From a virus (lineage: Duplodnaviria > Heunggongvirae > Uroviricota > Caudoviricetes), in the IMG/VR virus record IMGVR_UViG_2713896785_000007: a DNA stretch of 13,281 nt. One strand, 5' to 3'. The position numbers were made by a program, and so were the translations under genes. Shown in pieces: positions 7,743-13,281 of the stretch. The notes beneath the pieces are model-generated. The model saw only the letters and a program-made list of their open reading frames with translations. It made no database searches and had not been told where the DNA came from. Numbering within the stretch: the stretch's first letter is position 1; every line of letters begins with the position of its first letter.

Positions 7743-8366
7743 ATGGCAATAAAAGGTCTGGCGCAGGCCATGAAAAATCTGGATGCAATTGATCGCCGTG
7801 CCGTTCCCCGGGCCTCTGCCACGACACTGAACCGCGTGGCGGGGGCCATTATTGCGAAAACGGCCTCTTCAGTTGCCAGGGAGCTGGCCGTTCCCCGTCG
7901 TCTTATCCGTGCCCGCATCCGGTTAAGTCCGGCACGACCGGATAAGGTTTACGCAAAGGTTTACATCAATACCGGCAACCTGCCCGCCATCAAACTGGGG
8001 GAGGCCCGCGTTCGACTTTCCCGCAGAAAACGGAGAAAGAAAGGACAGCGTGCGGCCCTGAAAGGGGGCGGCAGTGTGCTGATTGTGGGGAAAAGACGGA
8101 TCCCGGACGCCTTTATCACCCGGCTGGCTAACGGACGCTGGCATGTGATGCAGCGTATGCCGTGGGCATCATCATCCACCGGCGCGGACAGCAAAGGGAG
8201 GCCGAAACGCCACCGTCTGCCGATCGAAGTGGTGAAGATTACGACTGCCGGACCGCTGGCAGAAACCTTTGAACGTGAACGGGACCGGATGTACCGGGAA
8301 AAATTACCGGCGCAGATGATGAAAGCCATGACGCATCAGTTACGCCTGGTGCTGAAAAGAAAATGA
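7743..8366 (+). CDS. Z: Tail completion protein gpZ
   Basis: MAIKGLAQAMKNL... aligns with lambda gpZ MAIKGLEQAVENL.... Shared motifs SRRKRRKKGQR and LKGGGSVL.VG.RRIP.AFI..L.NGRWHVMQR. The ATG at 7743 corresponds to the lambda start; the longest ORF begins at 7737. Confidence 0.92.
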   Translation: MAIKGLAQAMKNLDAIDRRAVPRASATTLNRVAGAIIAKTASSVARELAVPRRLIRARIRLSPARPDKVYAKVYINTGNLPAIKLGEARVRLSRRKRRKKGQRAALKGGGSVLIVGKRRIPDAFITRLANGRWHVMQRMPWASSSTGADSKGRPKRHRLPIEVVKITTAGPLAETFERERDRMYREKLPAQMMKAMTHQLRLVLKRK

Positions 8367-8378
8367 CTGGGAGGGTGT

Positions 8379-8777
8379 ATGAAACACCGTGAAATACGGG
8401 CGGCAGTTCTGTCTGCCCTGAAAGAAAATATTTCTGAGAGGGTGAGCTGGTTTGACGGTCGCCCGGTTTTTATTGATGAACAGGAACTGCCTGCTGTTGC
8501 TGTTTACCTGACAGATGCGTCTGCTGCTGACGAGTTCGTTGATGAGGGAACCTGGGAGGCGACACTGCATATTGAGGTTTTTCTCAGGGCAAAAGAACCG
8601 GACTCGGCACTGGATATGTGGATGGAAGAAAAAATTCTTCCTGCGCTGGAGGCAGTTCCCGGGCTCAGTGCATTACTGCTGAAGATGAATCTTCAGGGGT
8701 ATGACTACCGCCGGGATGATGAGTTTATGATGTGGGGATCGGCAGATCTCCTGTGGAAAATTACCTACGAGATGTGA
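8379..8777 (+). CDS. U: Tail terminator protein gpU
   Basis: 132 aa. MKH.E.RAAVL.AL ... FDGRP ... PAVAVYLT ... ELHIEVFL ... GYDYRRDD ... ITYEM matches lambda gpU (131 aa) along its whole length. GGGAGGG Shine-Dalgarno upstream. Confidence 0.93.
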   Translation: MKHREIRAAVLSALKENISERVSWFDGRPVFIDEQELPAVAVYLTDASAADEFVDEGTWEATLHIEVFLRAKEPDSALDMWMEEKILPALEAVPGLSALLLKMNLQGYDYRRDDEFMMWGSADLLWKITYEM

Positions 8778-8784
8778 GGACGAT

Positions 8785-9455
8785 ATGGCAACACCAAATC
8801 CCCTTGAGCCGGTAAAAGGTGCCGGTANNNNNNNNNNNNNNNNNNNNNNNNNNNNNNNNNNNNNNNNNNNNNNNNNNNNNNNNNNNNNNNNNNNNNNNNN
8901 NNNNNNNNNACCGGGCAGGGGCAGAAGTCTGCAGGAGATACCAGTTTTACGCTGGCCTGGAAACCGGGAGAAGAAGGTCAGAAAGGGCTTATAGGCTGGT
9001 TTGAAAGTGGGGATGTGCGGGCCTATAAAATCCGTTTCCCAAATGGCACGGTGGATGTGTTCCGTGGCTGGGTCAGCAGTATCGGTAAGGCCGTGACGGC
9101 GAAAGAAGTGATCACCCGCACGGTGAAAGTCACTAACGTGGGTAAACCTTCTGTAGCGGAAGAACGCAGCAAAATTACGCCGGTCAGTGCGATTAAGGTG
9201 ACGCCGACATCCGGTACGGTGGCAAAAGGGAAAACAACCACCCTGACGGTTTCTTTTGAGCCGGAAAGTGCAACAGACAAGACGTTCAGAGCGGTTTCCG
9301 CCGATCCGTCGAAAGCCACCATTAGTGTGAAAGATATGACAATTACGGTAAACGGCGTGGCGACAGGTAAGGTGCAGATCCCTGTGGTGAGCGGAAATGG
9401 TCAGTTCGCCGCAGTGGCTGAAGTCACCGTTACTGAAGCGGGCGCTGCAGGGTAA
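8785..9455 (+). CDS. V: Major tail protein gpV (interrupted by an assembly gap at 8827-8909)
   Basis: N-terminus [14 protein letters not shown] matches lambda V MPVPNPTMPVKGAG. After the gap, [17 protein letters not shown]...[42 protein letters not shown] is near-identical to lambda V. C-terminal Ig-like (Big_2) region ends [17 protein letters not shown]. The frame changes across the N run because the gap length is arbitrary. Confidence 0.9.
8827..8909. other. Assembly gap (run of 83 N) inside gene V
   Basis: Directly visible as N characters. Confidence 0.97.
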
Positions 9456-9468
9456 ACGGAGGTAATAC

Positions 9469-9891
9469 ATGTTTCTGAAAACAGAACAATTTGAATATAA
9501 CGGTGTGTCCGTCACGCTTTCCGAATTGTCTGCGCTGCAGCGGTTTGATTATATAAAGTTTGTTTCAGACGCAGAACAACAGGAGACAACGAAGCATGAT
9601 GTCGTGCACATTAACCAGCGATATCTGGAAACGGCATCCCTGCTTGTGGCGATGTCGCTATGGCATTCCCATTCCCTCAAAGGCACTCTGGCCTCTCCGG
9701 AGACAGAGATGCAGCAGATCCGCCGTGAAGTGATGCTGGGATGGCCTGCTGATGCACTGAATCAGGCAACGAACCGGGTGCTTTATCTTTCAGGTATGCT
9801 GGATAACCGGCACGATGCCGATCCTGAACCAACCGGGAAAACAGAAGCGACTGAGCCGGTAACATCAAAAAAGCATTCGAAGGCGAGCTGA
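9469..9891 (+). CDS. G: Tail assembly chaperone gpG
   Basis: 140 aa, the same length as lambda gpG. MFLKTEQFEYNGVSVTLSELSALQR... matches lambda G MFLKTESFEHNGVTVTLSELSALQR.... GGAGG Shine-Dalgarno upstream. Confidence 0.93.
   Translation: MFLKTEQFEYNGVSVTLSELSALQRFDYIKFVSDAEQQETTKHDVVHINQRYLETASLLVAMSLWHSHSLKGTLASPETEMQQIRREVMLGWPADALNQATNRVLYLSGMLDNRHDADPEPTGKTEATEPVTSKKHSKAS
9867..9873 (+). promoter_or_regulatory. Programmed -1 ribosomal frameshift slippery heptamer A AAA AAG (G to G-T)
   Basis: The heptamer AAAAAAG sits in the X XXY YYZ register of the G frame, 5 codons before the G stop. The -1 frame is open from this point to 10226 and encodes a gpT homologue. Confidence 0.8.
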
Positions 9892-10226
9892 ACTTTGTCC
9901 TGAAACTGGCGCGTGAGATGGGGAGAGCCGACTGGCGCGCCATGCTTGCCGGGATGACATCCACCGAATATGCCGACTGGCGACGTTTTTACTGCACGCA
10001 TTATTTTCAGGATACCCAGCTGGATATGCATTTTTCCGGGCTGACGTACGCCGTACTCAGCCTGTTTTTTTGCGATCCGGATATGCATCCGGCGGATTTC
10101 AGCCTGTTCGCTCCGGAGGCAGAGGAAGGGCAGGCGGAGACGCCGGACGAAAATGATGTACTGATGCAGAAGGCGGCGGGCCTCGCCGGTGGAGTCCGTT
10201 TCGGGGAGGAGGGAAGGAGGTTGTGA
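9873..10226 (+). CDS. T: gpT portion of the G-T tail assembly chaperone fusion (expressed by -1 frameshift from G; fusion spans 9469-10226)
   Basis: The -1 frame encodes ...EMGRADWRAMLAGMTSTEYADWRRFY.THYF.D..LDMHFSGLTYAVLSLFF.DPDMHP.DFSL...DVLMQKAAGLAGGVRFG, matching lambda gpT. There is no independent start with a ribosome-binding site; the in-frame ATG at 9918 is internal. Confidence 0.85.
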   Translation, partial: AFEGELNFVLKLAREMGRADWRAMLAGMTSTEYADWRRFYCTHYFQDTQLDMHFSGLTYAVLSLFFCDPDMHPADFSLFAPEAEEGQAETPDENDVLMQKAAGLAGGVRFGEEGRRL

Positions 10227-10269
10227 CAGTTATTGATGGTATCAGAGGACATTTCAGGAGGTGACCACG

Positions 10270-12915
10270 ATGGCAGGTAATTTTGCCGATCTGACAGCCG
10301 TGCTGACACTGGATTCTGCCCGTTTTTCTGAAGAGGCAGCGCGGGTAAAAAAAGAGCTGGGTGAAACCAGTGCGCTTGCTGATTTGATGTCCGGGAAAGT
10401 CAGTCAGTCTTTCAGAAAACAGGCTGATGCTGCTGAGCAGAGTCTGAGCCGACAGGCGCTGGCTGCACAAAAAGCCGGGATATCAGTCGGACAGTATAAG
10501 GCTGCCATGCGCACACTGCCCGCACAGTTCACGGATATTGTCACTCAGCTTGCCGGTGGTCAGAATCCCTTCCTTATCATGCTGCAGCAGGGGGGGCAGA
10601 TCAGCGATTCATTCGGTGGACCGCTCAGCCTGCTTACCCTGCTGAAGGAGGAACTTCTCGGGATCAGGGATGCCTCTGAATCATCAGAGGAGTCGCTGTC
10701 AGATACGGCAAATGCACTGGCTGAAAATGCCCGGAATGCCGGTGAGCTGGGACGATTTATGTCGGTGGCCCGTGTGGCGGCAGGTGGCGGGGTTGCCGTA
10801 CTGGCCGCGCTTGCTGCCGCCGCCTGGCAGGCAGAGCAGGCTGACCGGGCCTTATTGCGTTCACTGACCCTGACCGGAGGGGCTGCTGCCACCACAACGG
10901 CAGAATTGTGGAAAATGGCCGGGGTGATCAGCGATGAAGCCGGTGGTGGTATCAGACAGGCGGCAGAAAATCTGGCCCGTCTGGCAGAAAGCGGGAAATA
11001 TACCGCCGGGCAGCTACGGATCATGGGGGAAACCTCTCAGAGATGGCTGCAGACGGTGGGGGACGATGCCGGGAAGGTGGAAAAAGCCTTTGAAGGGATT
11101 GCAGCAGATCCGGTGAAGGCGCTGGCCTCCCTGAATCAGCAGTATAACTTCCTGAGCGTTTCCCAGTTACGCCATATTGATGAGCTTGAGCGCACGAAAG
11201 GTAAACAGGCTGCGGTGACGGAGGCGATGTCCCTGTTTGCGGATGTCATGAATGCACGTCTGGAGCAACTTGATAAAGCGGCCACGCCGGTGGAAAAAAT
11301 CTGGGACGATGTTAAAACCTGGACTTCTGACGCATGGGCATGGATAGGTGATCATACACTGGGGGCACTCAGTCTGATCACTGACGTGGTGGCCGGAACC
11401 GTTGAACAGGTGAAGCTGCTGCTTGTGCAGGGGGATCTGGCGCTGGCTGAATTTATTCAGTCAGCCTGGGAAACGACAAAGAATGTGCCCGGCGTTGGTG
11501 CGTTGTTTGGTGAACTGGCAGAAGAGAACCGCGTATTTATTGAGAAAACAAAACGTGATGAACTGGCGCTGAGAAAATCCATTGCGGAACGGGATGCGCG
11601 TATACGCCAGGGGGAAATGGGGTACATCAACCGTTCGCGTGCAACAGGCGTCAGCAAAGGTCCGGGGCAGCAGGAAGCCGTCAGCCGTCTGGCTGAAGAG
11701 CTGACAGGTAAAAAGCATACATCACCGAAAACGCGCTCTGCCGGGGAGAGGGAAGAGGAGCAGGCAAGAGAGGCTCTGCTTGCCCTTGAAGCTGAGCTCA
11801 GGACGCTGGAAAAACACAGCGGTGCGAATGAGAAAATCAGCCGGCAGCGCCGTGATTTATGGAAGGCGGAAAGTCAGTATGCGGTCCTGAAAGAGGCTGC
11901 CACGAAACGACAGTTATCTGAGCAGGAAAAATCCCTGCTGGCGCATAAAGACGAGACGCTGGAGTACAAACGCCAGCTGGCTGAGCTGGGCGACAAGGTT
12001 GAATACCAGAAACGCCTGAATGAGCTGGCACAGCAGGCGGTGCGGTTTGAAGAGCAGCAGAGCTCGAAGCAGGCCGCCATCAGCGCAAAAGCCCGCGGTC
12101 TCACTGACCGTCAGGCGCAGCGGGAGTCTGAAGCGCAGCGTCTTCGGGACGTGTACGGTGATAATCCGGCTGCGCTGGCGAAGGCCACATCGGCACTGAA
12201 GAACACCTGGTCTGCGGAGGAGCAGCTTCGTGGAAGCTGGATGGCCGGGCTGAAGTCCGGCTGGGGCGAGTGGGCGGAAAGTGCGACGGACAGTTTTTCG
12301 CAGGTTAAAAGTGCTGCCACGCAGACCTTTGACGGTATTGCACAGAATATGGCGGCGATGCTGACCGGTGCAGAGGCAGACTGGCGGGGATTCACCCGTT
12401 CGGTGCTGTCCATGATGACAGAAATCCTGCTTAAACAGGCCATGGTGGGCATTGTCGGGCGTATCGGCAGCGCCATTGGCGGTGCTTTCGGTGGTGGTGC
12501 ATCTGCTTCCTCGGGGACGGCCATTGAGGCTGCGGCGGCGAACTTCCATTTCGCGACCGGAGGATTTACGGGGACGGGCGGCAAATATGAGCCTGCGGGG
12601 ATAGTTCACCGCGGGGAGTTTGTTTTCACGAAAGAGGCAACCAGCCGGATAGGTGTGGGGAATCTTTACCGTCTGATGCGCGGCTATGCGGAAGGTGGTT
12701 ATGTGGGTGGTGCCGGAAGTCCGGCGCAGATGCGGCGGGCGGAAGGTATTAATTTTAATCAGAACAATCACGTGGTGATTCAGAACGACGGTATCAACGG
12801 ACAGGCGGGGCCGCAGCTGATGAAGGCGGTGTATGACATGGCCCGCAAGGGGGCGCAGGATGAGATTCAGGCGCAGATGCGTGATGGCGGCGTCTTTTCC
12901 GGAGGCAGGCGATGA
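10270..12915 (+). CDS. H: Tail length tape measure protein gpH
   Basis: ATG at 10270 preceded by AGGAGG (10255-10260); the longest ORF starts at GTG 10261. The N-terminal ~110 aa and the C-terminal ~400 aa (e.g. LTLQAELRTLEKHAGANEKIS.QRRDLWKAE, TGGFTGTGGKYEPAGIVHRGEFVFTKEATSRIGVGNLYRLMRGYA) are near-identical to lambda gpH; the middle is divergent. Confidence 0.96.
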   Translation: MAGNFADLTAVLTLDSARFSEEAARVKKELGETSALADLMSGKVSQSFRKQADAAEQSLSRQALAAQKAGISVGQYKAAMRTLPAQFTDIVTQLAGGQNPFLIMLQQGGQISDSFGGPLSLLTLLKEELLGIRDASESSEESLSDTANALAENARNAGELGRFMSVARVAAGGGVAVLAALAAAAWQAEQADRALLRSLTLTGGAAATTTAELWKMAGVISDEAGGGIRQAAENLARLAESGKYTAGQLRIMGETSQRWLQTVGDDAGKVEKAFEGIAADPVKALASLNQQYNFLSVSQLRHIDELERTKGKQAAVTEAMSLFADVMNARLEQLDKAATPVEKIWDDVKTWTSDAWAWIGDHTLGALSLITDVVAGTVEQVKLLLVQGDLALAEFIQSAWETTKNVPGVGALFGELAEENRVFIEKTKRDELALRKSIAERDARIRQGEMGYINRSRATGVSKGPGQQEAVSRLAEELTGKKHTSPKTRSAGEREEEQAREALLALEAELRTLEKHSGANEKISRQRRDLWKAESQYAVLKEAATKRQLSEQEKSLLAHKDETLEYKRQLAELGDKVEYQKRLNELAQQAVRFEEQQSSKQAAISAKARGLTDRQAQRESEAQRLRDVYGDNPAALAKATSALKNTWSAEEQLRGSWMAGLKSGWGEWAESATDSFSQVKSAATQTFDGIAQNMAAMLTGAEADWRGFTRSVLSMMTEILLKQAMVGIVGRIGSAIGGAFGGGASASSGTAIEAAAANFHFATGGFTGTGGKYEPAGIVHRGEFVFTKEATSRIGVGNLYRLMRGYAEGGYVGGAGSPAQMRRAEGINFNQNNHVVIQNDGINGQAGPQLMKAVYDMARKGAQDEIQAQMRDGGVFSGGRR

Positions 12916-13241
12916 AAACATTTCGCTGGAAAGTGAAGCCGGATATGGAGGTGAACTCGCAGCCATCGGTGCGTGAAGTGCGTTTTGGTGACGGGTATTC
13001 GCAGCGTATGGCGGCGGGGCTGAATGCTGACCTGAAAACATACCGTGTGACGCTTTCCGTGACCCGGGAGGAGGCCCGGCATCTGGAAGCGTTCCTGGCA
13101 GAGCACGGAGGCTGGAAGGCATTTTTGTGGAAGCCACCCTATGCATACCGGCAGATAAAGGTGACCTGTGCCGGGTGGTCTGCGCGGGTCGGGATGTTGC
13201 GCGTTGAGTTCAGCGCGGAGTTTAAGCAGGTGGTGAACTGA
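12912..13241 (+). CDS. M: Minor tail protein gpM
   Basis: 109 aa, the same length as lambda gpM. MKTFRWKVKP.M.V...PSVR.VRFGDGYSQR...GLNA.LKTY.VTLSV.REEA..LE.FL.EHGGWK.FLW.PPY..RQIKVTCA.WS.RV.MLRVEFSAEF.QVVN matches along its whole length. Start overlaps the H stop (ATGA). Confidence 0.95.
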   Translation: MKTFRWKVKPDMEVNSQPSVREVRFGDGYSQRMAAGLNADLKTYRVTLSVTREEARHLEAFLAEHGGWKAFLWKPPYAYRQIKVTCAGWSARVGMLRVEFSAEFKQVVN

Positions 13242-13281
13242 TGCAGGATATTCACGAAGAAAGTCTGAACGAGTCGGTTAA
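13241..13281 (+). CDS. L: Minor tail protein gpL, 5' end only (truncated by the window edge)
   Basis: MQDIHEESLNESV matches the lambda gpL N-terminus MQDIRQETLNE. Start overlaps the M stop (ATGA). Confidence 0.8.
   Translation, partial: MQDIHEESLNESV

Noticed and set aside
8673-9515. A 280-aa ORF on the - strand spanning the N gap.
   Set aside because: It is open only because N codons are unknown; it is antisense to gpV and low-complexity.
11914-13146. A 410-aa ORF on the - strand, antisense to the 3' end of H and to M.
   Set aside because: It lies antisense to two genes with strong lambda homology. The product is Arg/Pro/His-rich low-complexity sequence, typical of a spurious antisense frame in GC-rich coding DNA, and there is no ribosome-binding site.
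1-13281. Search for a CRISPR array, integrase, transposase or insertion sequence, toxin-antitoxin pair or defence system.
   Set aside because: No direct-repeat and spacer periodicity, no terminal inverted repeats flanking an ORF, and every sizeable ORF is accounted for by a structural homologue. The structural operon has no intergenic room for cargo.

Overview
This window is the left-arm virion morphogenesis module of a lambda-like (lambdoid, cos-type siphovirus) phage or prophage, almost certainly enterobacterial, all on the + strand and in canonical lambda gene order. After a small unknown ORF and a probable cos site come the small terminase (Nu1-position), a GpA-family large terminase, gpW, portal gpB, a single ORF fusing a ClpP-like protease to a major capsid domain (in place of lambda C/Nu3/D/E), a DUF2190-like decoration candidate, an FII-like connector, then gpZ, gpU, gpV, gpG, gpT (via -1 frameshift), tape measure gpH, gpM and the first codons of gpL. 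Assignments from W onward (W, portal, Z, U, V, G, T, H, M, L) rest on my recalled alignment to lambda proteins, not on a database search; the others rest on motifs and position. Two runs of N (333-382 and 8827-8909) are assembly gaps; the second lies inside gene V. I do not see a defence system, toxin or other novel cargo system here: genes are tightly packed and translationally coupled, and the only accessory-like space is the first ~775 bp. The points most worth a second look are the protease-capsid fusion, the putative cos site, the G-T slippery site (A AAA AAG rather than lambda's G GGA AAG), and the small ORF at 65-289.
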